From Promethearchaeota archaeon (GTDB lineage Archaea; Asgardarchaeota; Lokiarchaeia; Sigyniarchaeales; SOKP01), in NCBI GenBank assembly GCA_048940445.1, contig JBHLON010000032.1, forward strand, positions 1-35,677: a stretch of 35,677 bases of DNA, given 5' to 3'. The notes beneath the pieces were generated by a model. The model had not been told where the DNA came from, did no database searches, and saw only the letters and a list, made by a program, of their open reading frames with translations. Shown here one piece after another: positions 9,664 to 18,585 of this stretch. A program made the position numbers and the translations under genes. Position 1 is the first letter of the stretch; each line of letters opens with the position of its first letter.

Positions 9664-9891
9664 TTATTGAGATAATTCACGAATAAGGTAATCTTGCGCT
9701 TCTTCTGGAGGTATTTCTTTTATTTCTTTAATCCTAATTTGTCTTCTAAGAATTCCTATAGAAGTTATTTGACTTAATGCTTTCTCTAAAGCATCCTCTT
9801 GCTTTAATGCACGAACTTCTTTTCGAAACAAATATTTCTTATGATATTTAAAATAAGTGCCAATAATTCGATAAATTTTAATCTCTGACAT
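9664..9891 (-). CDS. rpl18a: 50S ribosomal protein L18Ae/LX (eL20)
   Basis: KIYRIIG..FRKEVRALKQEDALEK..RRQIRIKEIKEI; synteny. Confidence 0.9.
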   Translation of the reverse strand: MSEIKIYRIIGTYFKYHKKYLFRKEVRALKQEDALEKALSQITSIGILRRQIRIKEIKEIPPEEAQDYLIRELSQ

Positions 9892-10077
9892 GAAATTTTA
9901 AACCCAAATATTAACGAGATTAAAGTAAAAAATAATTCTGAAAATATTAAATTTTTGTTTTTTGAATAACTATTGGATTTAACATATTGGTAAATCAAGG
10001 AAGAGTATTTTTGAACTCAGTATGTGATTCTTTTAAAAAAAAAGAGAGAGATAACATTCAAGAGTTTACAAAACACT

Positions 10078-10758
10078 TCAAAGTCTCAAAATATCAGTCA
10101 TTCTCATCATTTCTGGTCCGGTGCAAGCTAATCCAAAAATACCACTATCATCATTCACAGTAGCTCCTGAAGATAAATAAGGAATACCTCTATTAACAGT
10201 CGATACGTCTACTTCGTTAACCCGTAGGATTGAAGAAATCTGTTCCACTTCTTCATCACTAGCTAAGGGATGTACCACACAACCATTATTATTCGCCAAT
10301 CCAATTGAACCAGGTAAATAATTGTCAGCAAAATCAAAAATCTGGCATTCTACATTTAAAACATTCTCAAGTTCATCTTTAAAATCTTTTAACAGTGAAC
10401 TTATAATCGCACCTTTATCATTACATAAAATTAGGTTTCCATAAGCATTATCTATAGATTTAACTATCCCAATTTGATAATCATTTTTCATACTTAAAGC
10501 AAATTTTGTTAAATTATTAAGCTCATCTTCTCTTACTATATGTGGTACAATAATCCCATATTTATTACTAGCAAGATAGACTCCTAAAAGTGTAGAATTG
10601 TTAATCGAAATAGGGAAAAATGGCTCTTTAAAAGTTGATTTTATCTTTTTTATTGCAAAATTTAATAATGATGAAGGATAAAGACCAAATATATTATTAA
10701 CAGAAAGATAGACTCCAACTGAGTTTTTTCCAAAAAGTTGATACTTGAGAATTGACAT
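10078..10758 (-). CDS. eif6: Translation initiation factor 6 (aIF6)
   Basis: GNLILCNDKGA, NNNGCVVHP, STVNRGIPYLSSG, TGPEMMR. Confidence 0.95.
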   Translation of the reverse strand: MSILKYQLFGKNSVGVYLSVNNIFGLYPSSLLNFAIKKIKSTFKEPFFPISINNSTLLGVYLASNKYGIIVPHIVREDELNNLTKFALSMKNDYQIGIVKSIDNAYGNLILCNDKGAIISSLLKDFKDELENVLNVECQIFDFADNYLPGSIGLANNNGCVVHPLASDEEVEQISSILRVNEVDVSTVNRGIPYLSSGATVNDDSGIFGLACTGPEMMRMTDILRL

Positions 10759-10923
10759 TTATAAGAAAAAAATAAAATACTGTTTGGTAAAAGAAACATT
10801 CAAACCATAAATATTTTTTTATAGGATTTAAACTGGGTTTCCTTCCCTTCCAGTTCTAAAAAAATCAATAAGTATTATTTATAAATATTAGCAAAACAAT
10901 ATTTATTAATTTTTTTTTAATTT

Positions 10924-11715
10924 TTACTTGATTTTAGGTAGTATTCCTTTTGATTTTAACAAATTAAAATATTTTTTTACATGTTTTTTTCGATTCTTCT
11001 TACTTAAACCATTTATGTACTCGATACTAATCCTATAATCAGCATATCGACCTTCAGGAGGTTCTTCCAAATAAAGCTTTGGACTCTTTTTTAATCCAAA
11101 TATTAACATAACAAATAAAAAAATTATTGAAAAAAGATACCAACCATTTAAATTTAAATCCTGAAATGTATAAATTTGAAAGAAACAGATTAATAATATT
11201 GCAATAATCACAACAGCATAACCTATTTTACATACTAATGTTTTTCGATATCTTGCATCCCAATATCGACCATGATAACCATCTGATATACTTCGAAATA
11301 GATTAATATAACGGGCGAATCGTTTTTTTTGCCAAGGAATTTTTCCCCACATTATTCCATCTCCCGATGAAATTGAATCAAAAATGAAGTGCCCTATATA
11401 GATACCTATTATAGGAACTAGGAAATATTCAATATAAAAATTAAATATGATACTAAATATCAATGCGATAACCAAAGGAGTGTAACTTAAGGGCCAATGA
11501 GTCCAATAATGAAAATGATGTTGATATTCTGTACCAGAATCTTTTCCTTTTCGGTTTTTTATAACCCAATATAATGTATCAAAATCAGGAAATATTCCAG
11601 AAAAAATTATGAAAAGTGTAAGAAGCGGAGGTAAGATAATAACTTTTTTCCATATCACGAAAATTATGTAGTAGATAATAAGTGAATAGGCGCCATGTTG
11701 TTCAGGTCTAGACAT
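10924..11715 (-). CDS. Membrane-bound metal-dependent hydrolase (YbcI/DUF457-like)
   Basis: N-terminal H, FPDFD, HH..THWPL and GHFIFD motifs with TM helices. Confidence 0.7.
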   Translation of the reverse strand: MSRPEQHGAYSLIIYYIIFVIWKKVIILPPLLTLFIIFSGIFPDFDTLYWVIKNRKGKDSGTEYQHHFHYWTHWPLSYTPLVIALIFSIIFNFYIEYFLVPIIGIYIGHFIFDSISSGDGIMWGKIPWQKKRFARYINLFRSISDGYHGRYWDARYRKTLVCKIGYAVVIIAILLICFFQIYTFQDLNLNGWYLFSIIFLFVMLIFGLKKSPKLYLEEPPEGRYADYRISIEYINGLSKKNRKKHVKKYFNLLKSKGILPKIK

Positions 11716-11781
11716 TTTACTAATCCAATTCTTAATTAAAAAAAATCAGAAAGATAGGATTTATCTAAAAATAAGTAACTT

Positions 11782-12243
11782 TTATTTACTTAAATAAACT
11801 ACTACTAAGCCATCTATATTTTTTGTTGCTCGAACTTTAAGCTTCCGAGGGGGGTGCATAATTCCTCTTTTCCAAATAGCTTCATTAACTTCTTGGGATA
11901 TAATTAGAGTTTCGGGTTTAAAATGCCTTTCCATAAACTCTCTTAGAAATCGAACACTTTTTTTAGCCCATTTAGTTCGTGGACCCCTCCTCGCTTTTAC
12001 TAATGGAACAATATAAATCCTTTCATCGATTATTTCTTCTTTTGGTGCTTCTTCTTCAACTTCTTCGATTTCTTCTATTGCTTCTTCAAAAACTTCGCTA
12101 ATCTCTTCTCCTTCAGCCATTTCATCTAAACTAAATTCCTCTATTTCTTCAATCTCTTCTGGTTCTTCAGCTACTTCTTCTGTTAGTTCTTCTTCCAAAT
12201 CATCTAAACTTACTTCTTTACTCTTCTTTTTAGCCATAGACAT
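11782..12243 (-). CDS. rpl31e: 50S ribosomal protein L31e with long acidic N-terminal extension
   Basis: ERIYIVPL..AKKSVRFLREFMERH..VNEAIWKRGIMHPPRKLKV. Confidence 0.92.
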   Translation of the reverse strand: MSMAKKKSKEVSLDDLEEELTEEVAEEPEEIEEIEEFSLDEMAEGEEISEVFEEAIEEIEEVEEEAPKEEIIDERIYIVPLVKARRGPRTKWAKKSVRFLREFMERHFKPETLIISQEVNEAIWKRGIMHPPRKLKVRATKNIDGLVVVYLSK

Positions 12244-12264
12244 TCCTCATTTTTACTAAAGAAT

Positions 12265-12426
12265 TTAATCTCTCTTTAAACGAGTGTTTCTCCATTCTCT
12301 TCTAGAATATGGACTATTTCTCATACGTCCCTTTGTACGTCTTATTACCCAATTAGGGATGGATTTGCTTTGCTTAGAATTTTTAGCTCTTCTAAGTTTT
12401 GAAGGTAAATCTTTATTCCTTGCCAT
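12265..12426 (-). CDS. rpl39e: 50S ribosomal protein L39e (53 aa; missing from the ORF track)
   Basis: Manual translation MARNKDLPSKLRRAKNSKQSKSIPNWVIRRTKGRMRNSPYSRREWRNTRLKRD; synteny. Confidence 0.93.
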   Translation of the reverse strand: MARNKDLPSKLRRAKNSKQSKSIPNWVIRRTKGRMRNSPYSRREWRNTRLKRD

Positions 12427-12443
12427 AATTATTAACCTAACAT

Positions 12444-12785
12444 TTATTTTTTAATTTTAAATTCTTTTTTGTTTTCCATAGAGGATAATTGTTCTAATAG
12501 TTTCTTAAATGCTTTATCTGGTAATGGTGTAGCACCCTTTAATCTTCCTCCTTGATATAATTGAATTAATTGCAATTCTATTTGTTCAGCATATTGAGGC
12601 TTTATCATTCTAATATTTTCTAATCTCTGTCTTCCTTCTGGACTCAAAATTAATCTCATAAGTTGATATTTCTTGTTTTCATATTCTCTTTGTTGTTGTT
12701 CTGCTATTTGTTTTTGGATTGCTTTTTGTTGTAACTCTTCCAACTTTCTTTTTCTAATGTTTTTTAATTGTTCTTCATCACTCAA
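12444..12785 (-). CDS. PDCD5/TFAR19-family DNA-binding protein
   Basis: ILSPEGRQRLENIRMIKPQYAEQIELQLIQLYQGGRL; canonical position after rps19e. Confidence 0.9.
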   Translation of the reverse strand: MSDEEQLKNIRKRKLEELQQKAIQKQIAEQQQREYENKKYQLMRLILSPEGRQRLENIRMIKPQYAEQIELQLIQLYQGGRLKGATPLPDKAFKKLLEQLSSMENKKEFKIKK

Positions 12786-12816
12786 AAATAATCCCTAAAG
12801 AAAATTCTTAATTATA

Positions 12817-13239
12817 TTATTGTTTTCTTGATAAATTGTGTGCTGTTCTTTCTAAAAGACTAATCCCATCTGGTGAAACTATTCTACCAGTCTTTTCTTC
12901 TTTTAATATCAAATTTGCATTCTCTAATTGTTGAAGTGCAACTCTAATAATTTTACCACTACCCTTTCTACTATGATGTAATCCTCTGGCTTTCCGACTT
13001 CTCCCTCCATAATACTTCCTAAGCTTGTTAACTCCAATAGGTCCAAATTTTCTTACTTTTCGTAATATTGAAGCACATCGAATGTACCAGAAATTTTCTG
13101 AATCTGTGGGAGCTATTTCTTTAAAATATGCAGTTTTCCAAAATTGACTTCCTTCGGGAGGCTTAATTTCAGGATATTCTTTTAACTTTTCTGCGATTGA
13201 TTTAATGAGTTTTGCTGGTTCAACGACATATATGGACAT
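12817..13239 (-). CDS. rps19e: 30S ribosomal protein S19e
   Basis: FWYIRCASILRK, GVNKLRKYYGG, GSGKIIRVALQQLE. Confidence 0.95.
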   Translation of the reverse strand: MSIYVVEPAKLIKSIAEKLKEYPEIKPPEGSQFWKTAYFKEIAPTDSENFWYIRCASILRKVRKFGPIGVNKLRKYYGGRSRKARGLHHSRKGSGKIIRVALQQLENANLILKEEKTGRIVSPDGISLLERTAHNLSRKQ

Positions 13240-13336
13240 GCTAATCTTTAATTCAATCTTTCTTTAATATTATTTATTAGATGTAAAAAGAATAAATAAA
13301 TTAAAAAATTTTTGGTATTTTAAGGATTTTGGGATA

Positions 13337-13627
13337 ATGGATTACCGAAAAGAATTTAAGAGGGTATTATTATCAAGAGCTCATTGTAATTTGGGAAAAA
13401 GAGGTATCACAGCTAATTTCATAGATAATGTAAATAGATTATTAAAACAGTATAAAATCATAAAAATTAAAGTTTTAAAATCTATTGCAAAAAGATCAGA
13501 TATTAATAGTATAGCAAAAGAAGTTTCTAATAAAACAAACTCCTATATTTTGGATATCCGAGGCAAACAAATTATATTTTCAAAGCAACTAATTAAAAAA
13601 AAGAAAGATAATGTTCTAGTAAATTAG
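13337..13627 (+). CDS. yhbY: YhbY/CRM-domain RNA-binding protein
   Basis: LGKRGIT..LKQYKIIKIKVLKS..DIRGKQIIF. Confidence 0.85.
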   Translation: MDYRKEFKRVLLSRAHCNLGKRGITANFIDNVNRLLKQYKIIKIKVLKSIAKRSDINSIAKEVSNKTNSYILDIRGKQIIFSKQLIKKKKDNVLVN

Positions 13628-13631
13628 TATA

Positions 13632-13979
13632 ATGGTCAAAAGAAAAATTTATAGAGGAATTGTAAAGCAAGTGGCAGAAGTTAGAATGAATTTTTTATTT
13701 AAAAAAGCTCATGAAGTTTTTCCACATAATAAAGATCTAGCAAATAGATATGTATATTTAGCAAGACGTTATGCTCAACGAGCTAAAATTGAAATCCCTA
13801 GAGTTTGGAAAAGAAGAACTTGTAATAAATGCAAGAAGTTTTTATATCCGGGGTTAAATTGCCGAATAAGGTTACATTCTCTCAAGAAAGCGACTCATAT
13901 CTCTGTAACTTGTTTTGAATGCAAGAAAACAACGCGTTATTATATAAAAACAAATAAATATATAATCAAAAACGTTTAA
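13632..13979 (+). CDS. rnp4: RNase P protein component 4 (Rpp21)
   Basis: LANRYVYLARR..KRRTCNKCKKFLYPG..TCFECK. Confidence 0.9.
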   Translation: MVKRKIYRGIVKQVAEVRMNFLFKKAHEVFPHNKDLANRYVYLARRYAQRAKIEIPRVWKRRTCNKCKKFLYPGLNCRIRLHSLKKATHISVTCFECKKTTRYYIKTNKYIIKNV

Positions 13980-14018
13980 TTTCATTTTAGAAATTAAATA
14001 AAATTAAATTAGAATATT

Positions 14019-14693
14019 ATGGTCTTATACTTAGTTTTAGTGCAGTGTGGATTAGAACTTATTCCTAAAGAAATAAGAGATCACCCTTCTGTGAAAAAAA
14101 GTATCAAAAGTAAGAATTATTCATCCCAAATTCTAGATAACGCATTACATCATTCTGCTATGGTTAAGCTGAGCAATTCTGAGAAGAGAGGTCGCCCAGA
14201 TATTCTTCATAATTGCCTACTTAATGCATTAGGGTCTCCATTATGTAAAAAAAATCTATTAAAAATTTACTTTCACACAATACATAATCGTATTTTTGAG
14301 TTAAATCCTGAAATAAGAATAACTCGTAACTATAATAGATTTAAAGGTTTAATCGCAAAATTACTGATAGAAGGTAATATCAAATTCAATCATAGGTTTC
14401 TTATTAAAGAAATTAAAGAAGAAATAACAAAATTAGTACATTCAATCAAAAAGGGAGAAATTTTACTATTCTCTAGTAAAGGTAATCTTATAGAACATCA
14501 TTTGGAAATATTTCGAAATGATTTATCTAAAAATTATATTGCAGTAATAGGTGGCTTTCAAAAAGGAGGTTTTTCAAAAAAAATTTTAGAATTAAACAAA
14601 AACTTAATCTCAATTTCCCAATATTCTTTAGATGCCTGGATTGTGGTAAGTAAAGTTATTAGTTTTTATGAAATTGTAAATGATATTAAATGA
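14019..14693 (+). CDS. nep1: 16S rRNA pseudouridine N1-methyltransferase Nep1 (SPOUT)
   Basis: ILDNALHH, RGRPDILH, RITRNYNRFKGL, IGGFQKG. Confidence 0.92.
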   Translation: MVLYLVLVQCGLELIPKEIRDHPSVKKSIKSKNYSSQILDNALHHSAMVKLSNSEKRGRPDILHNCLLNALGSPLCKKNLLKIYFHTIHNRIFELNPEIRITRNYNRFKGLIAKLLIEGNIKFNHRFLIKEIKEEITKLVHSIKKGEILLFSSKGNLIEHHLEIFRNDLSKNYIAVIGGFQKGGFSKKILELNKNLISISQYSLDAWIVVSKVISFYEIVNDIK

Positions 14694-14759
14694 AATTCAA
14701 GAAAGCAGTAAAGTTATAAGAAATGGTTTCTTTTTTATCATACTATTTATTTTAACTGT

Positions 14760-14859
14760 GCGTCGTTGGTCTAGATCCGATTAAAATACTTAATGGAGGA
14801 AAATGGTAGGATCTCGGCCTTCCAAGCCGGTGACCCGGGTTCAATCCCCGGACGACGCA
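14760..14859 (+). tRNA. tRNA-Gly(TCC) with 29-nt intron at position 15/16 (14775-14803)
   Basis: Acceptor GCGTCGT/ACGACGC, anticodon TCC 14821-14823, T arm CCGGGTTCAATCCCCGG; spliced D arm GTCTAG|TGGTAGGAT. Confidence 0.9.
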
Positions 14860-14878
14860 TCTTAAAATTCTTTTAACT

Positions 14879-14904
14879 TTTCGTGAAACGATGATTTCAC
14901 GAAA
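14879..14904. repeat. 10-bp perfect inverted repeat TTTCGTGAAA-N6-TTTCACGAAA just downstream of tRNA-Gly
   Basis: Read directly. Confidence 0.6.
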
Positions 14905-15136
14905 TCTTCTTATTTCACAATTTATTAAGCCCAAAATCCAATTAGAGTTCAAAAACTGAAAAGGAATATAATCGAATCATAAGGGTGAAATAAATTAACC
15001 AAAAAAAAAGTTCCCCTTTTCTCATATAATTCTTTATCTACTTTATTAAAATAATTTTGATTTTTTAATAAGAAAGGAAAGCTATTTATGAGAATTAATA
15101 CAAAAAGTTAAATTTGCAAAATAGTACCCATAAATT

Positions 15137-15214
15137 GAAAAAACGCCCTTAAGAATATTTTTCCATTTCCATATTTTAATCACTTCTCTAACAATATTAG
15201 CGGGGCGTTTTTTC
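15137..15214. repeat. 12-bp perfect inverted repeat GAAAAAACGCCC / GGGCGTTTTTTC with 54-nt spacer
   Basis: Read directly; inner AATATT pair could extend the stem. Confidence 0.65.
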
Positions 15215-15298
15215 CTTATCAAAATATTATAACTTTCTGAGCAATAATCTTAAATTCTTTTGTTTATTATTCAGCATTATCAAGTTCTCTGTATAGTA

Positions 15299-16441
15299 AT
15301 GACAAATAAATTCAAAATATCCTATAAAGAGTTCAAATCAACCTTAAACAAATTGAAGTATCCCGATTCATGGTTTTGGGCAAGATATACAATAAATCCA
15401 TATTCTGGTTGCAATCATAGATGTATTTATTGTGATGCAAGAAGCCAAAGATATTATTTAGAACAAGATTTTGAAACTGAAATAATAGTTAAAGTAGACT
15501 TAGATAAAAAGTTAGATAACAGAATAAAAAGAGCTCGCAGCCTCTTACCAGATGTTGTTGGACCTGGAGGTGTGTGTGATGCATATCAACCAGTTGAAAA
15601 AGAAGCTCAAAATACGAGAAAAATTTTAGAAATATTATTAAAGTATAAATTCCCCGTAAATATAGCAACAAAATCAAGTTTAGTAATAAAAGACCTTGAT
15701 ATTTTAAAGCAAATTGCAAGAGATACTTGGTGTACAATTGGATTTTCCATCACTACTACTAATGATGAGTTAGCAAAATTCTTAGAACCTTTTTCTTCTA
15801 CCCCCTCTGAACGTTTGAAAGCGATTAGCATTATTAAACAACAAGCTCCTAAAATACAAATTGGTACATACTTTATTCCTATTATTCCTTATTTAGAAGA
15901 TGATGACGATAACCTAGAAGATGTGATTAAGCATTCGAAAAGAGCTGGAGCTGAATTTATTTTATTTTCTCCAGGATTAACATTAAGGGATGCTCAAGCC
16001 CAATTTTTTATTAATAAATTAAAAAATAGTAAATATAATGGTGTTGTAAAACCAATCTTAGAATTATTCAAGGGAAAAATGTATCCACCTGTGGATTATA
16101 TTCAAAAATGTCATCAAAAATTATATAAATTATGTCAAGATCATAATATAGCTGTTCGCATTAAACGTTGGATTCCAAGCGATTATAGAAAGTGGAACTA
16201 TAAAATCTCTGAATTACTACTCAATAAAGAGTATCTTGATTGTGTGAGAACTGGAAGAACAAATAACAATCTGAAATGGGCGGGTTTAAATCTAAACAAT
16301 CTAGATGAATCAATAGTAAATTTGTATAAAAGAGGAAAGTTGTCGGAGTTAAAGAATTTTTCAAAGGATATCATTGAAGTAGTCACACCATATTTAGAAA
16401 ACATCAAAGAAACATATGGTTTAGAAAGATTTTTTAATTAA
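15299..16441 (+). CDS. Radical SAM protein, SplB/spore-photoproduct-lyase-like family
   Basis: INPYSGCNHRCIYCDAR, DAYQPVE, TKS..KDLDIL, EPFSSTPSERL; ATG 15299 preferred over TTG 15260. Confidence 0.85.
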   Translation: MTNKFKISYKEFKSTLNKLKYPDSWFWARYTINPYSGCNHRCIYCDARSQRYYLEQDFETEIIVKVDLDKKLDNRIKRARSLLPDVVGPGGVCDAYQPVEKEAQNTRKILEILLKYKFPVNIATKSSLVIKDLDILKQIARDTWCTIGFSITTTNDELAKFLEPFSSTPSERLKAISIIKQQAPKIQIGTYFIPIIPYLEDDDDNLEDVIKHSKRAGAEFILFSPGLTLRDAQAQFFINKLKNSKYNGVVKPILELFKGKMYPPVDYIQKCHQKLYKLCQDHNIAVRIKRWIPSDYRKWNYKISELLLNKEYLDCVRTGRTNNNLKWAGLNLNNLDESIVNLYKRGKLSELKNFSKDIIEVVTPYLENIKETYGLERFFN

Positions 16442-16491
16442 TTGATAGAATATAGATCAACCTAACTTGATCTACATTTTAATCGATTTGA

Positions 16492-17172
16492 ATGGGAAAG
16501 AAAAAGAAAATCTTGGATAGAAAAAATCATTGCATTTTTGAGCCAAGAAAATTATGGCAAATTGCAAAAAAAGGGATTGGATATCCGACAAAAGAGGCAT
16601 TTGATACTATTATTAAAACATTAGCTGAAGAATATCCTGGTTACATTGAAACAAAGCAAGATTGGGTTTTCAATTTTGCTGGAGGAGCAATGGGTCAAAT
16701 GATAGTTCTTCATGGTTCATTTCGAGAATATTTAATAATTTTTGGAACAAGTTTAGGTACGGAAGGAAATTCGGGTAGATATAAAGCAGAAGTTTTCGAT
16801 TTTGTATTTTCTGGTGAAATGTTATGTGAATATACGGGATGTTTTAAAAAAGAGATTTATAAACCAGGGTCACTGGCTTATCTCCCCCCCAGCATTGTAA
16901 AGCATTACTGCATCAAAGGGCAAGCTTGGATGCTTGAATATGCAAGAGGAAATATCGTCTCTATGCTTCCATTTGGTTTTGCAGATTCCATCATTAGCGC
17001 TCTTGATTACATGGCAGTACTAAAAACCATAAGACTTTATGGTAAACAGGTTGTGAAAAACTTATTTAAAAAAAGAAAAGATATAGATATTTTAATAAAA
17101 TGGCTGTTAATTATAGCAACATTAATCTGGCTTTTCTTTTATGGTATTCCAATGATTTCTAACCTTATTTGA
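16492..17172 (+). CDS. ERG2/sigma-1 receptor family protein (sterol C8-C7 isomerase-like)
   Basis: WVFNFAGGAMGQM..LHGSFREYLIIFGT..GTEGNSGRY..YKPG..WMLEYARG..LPFGFAD matches the ERG2/SIGMAR1 core. Confidence 0.88.
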   Translation: MGKKKKILDRKNHCIFEPRKLWQIAKKGIGYPTKEAFDTIIKTLAEEYPGYIETKQDWVFNFAGGAMGQMIVLHGSFREYLIIFGTSLGTEGNSGRYKAEVFDFVFSGEMLCEYTGCFKKEIYKPGSLAYLPPSIVKHYCIKGQAWMLEYARGNIVSMLPFGFADSIISALDYMAVLKTIRLYGKQVVKNLFKKRKDIDILIKWLLIIATLIWLFFYGIPMISNLI

Positions 17173-17221
17173 CCTAATAGCATTTAAATCTGTATTTAAA
17201 AAAAACTTAAAGAATAGGTAT

Positions 17222-17965
17222 ATGACTAAAATAATTATAGATGAGATTAGAAAACTTATTCAAAAGAATAAACCTGGTCTCACTGATAAACAAAAAACAA
17301 GATTATATAAAATAATAAATCCAGATATTAAAGATTATAAGATTTATGGTACTAGAGTTGCAGTGATCGAAAAAATAGTAAAAAAAGCCTTAATTAAATT
17401 AAATTGTTCTTTTGCAGATGCAATTGAAATCTTTAGGGAATTAATTAGCGCTAATATTGAGGAAGAAAAAATCGCTGGTTTTCTCTTCTTAAATCGATTC
17501 AAAAAGTACTTTGATGAGAATATACCATCATTAATTCGTGATGAATACATTATACATTGTCATACTTGGAGCGTATTAGATAGCACTTGTATAAGAGTGA
17601 TAGGTCCCTTTCTAGCCAAGAAAGGGAATGAAGAATTAGCAAAACAAGTAATTGAGGATTGGTCTGACTCCCAGAATATATGGATAAAAAGAGGCTCAAT
17701 GGTGATATTGCTTAAAATTTTTATGTTAAAGAAGGAGATTGATATGAAATTTTTATCTCATCTTGTTGAAAAATTGCTTATTTACTCTAGTGAAAATTAT
17801 ATAGAAAAAGGAATAGGTTGGCTTATTAGAACATGCTCAAAAATCGATCCTGATCAAATATCTGATTACTTAATAAAAAATAAAGATAATTTCACCCGAT
17901 TAATACTTAGAAATGGGAGCGAAAAGCTCTCTAAGGAAAGAAGGGAAATTATTTTAGAGAAATAA
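17222..17965 (+). CDS. alkD: DNA alkylation repair protein (AlkD-like HEAT repeat)
   Basis: YGTRV, TWSVLD, WSDSQNIWIKR, YIEKGIGWLIR. Confidence 0.8.
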   Translation: MTKIIIDEIRKLIQKNKPGLTDKQKTRLYKIINPDIKDYKIYGTRVAVIEKIVKKALIKLNCSFADAIEIFRELISANIEEEKIAGFLFLNRFKKYFDENIPSLIRDEYIIHCHTWSVLDSTCIRVIGPFLAKKGNEELAKQVIEDWSDSQNIWIKRGSMVILLKIFMLKKEIDMKFLSHLVEKLLIYSSENYIEKGIGWLIRTCSKIDPDQISDYLIKNKDNFTRLILRNGSEKLSKERREIILEK

Positions 17966-18062
17966 TCGTACTATTTTAAAATTATTTTTGATTAAGGCTC
18001 TAAAAAACTTTATATGAGATTTTATACTTTTTAAATTACAAATTTAAATTACTAGAAATGTC

Positions 18063-18170
18063 GCCAAGGTGGCGTAGCCCGGAATTTTAGGAACTTTTAT
18101 CTCTTATTTTGGGTATGAACGCACCAGACTGAAGATCTGGGTATCGAGGGTTCAAATCCCTCCCTTGGCA
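18063..18170 (+). tRNA. tRNA-Phe(GAA) with ~34-nt D-loop intron (~18083-18116)
   Basis: Acceptor GCCAAGG/CCTTGGC, anticodon arm CCAGA-CTGAAGA-TCTGG, T arm GAGGGTTCAAATCCCTC. Confidence 0.9.
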
Positions 18171-18359
18171 TTGAATAAGTTCAATTATATGTCCTTTCCT
18201 ATTAATTACAGTATATAAATATCCCCCTCTGGTACATACTCCGACTATGGAAATTTAATTATTCTAGGTACAATTTCTTTATAAATTAAAAAAATCATTC
18301 TCTCTTCTCTATAAAATTTTGTAAGAACCAATATGATTTAATAAAATTTTTTAAAGAAA

Positions 18360-18578
18360 ATGAAAAAAGTAAGACACTGCATTGATTGTCATAAATTAAT
18401 GAACTATAAGGAATTTTGCCGTGATAATCCTTCTCTTTCTGAGAAAAGGGCAGATGAATTTTGGAATAATCAAATATATTCAATACATTGTCCCAGATGT
18501 TTCTTTAATCATTCAGCAAAACCATTTAAGGTTAGGAGAGGGTATCAAAGATATAAAATAAGGAACTGGGTTAAATAA
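18360..18578 (+). CDS. Small Zn-binding protein (CxxC..CxxC)
   Basis: HCIDCH..HCPRCF in 72 aa. Confidence 0.6.
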   Translation: MKKVRHCIDCHKLMNYKEFCRDNPSLSEKRADEFWNNQIYSIHCPRCFFNHSAKPFKVRRGYQRYKIRNWVK

Positions 18579-18585
18579 AAGAAAT

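Noticed and set aside
14752-14952. 66-aa minus-strand ORF
   Set aside because: Antisense to tRNA-Gly.
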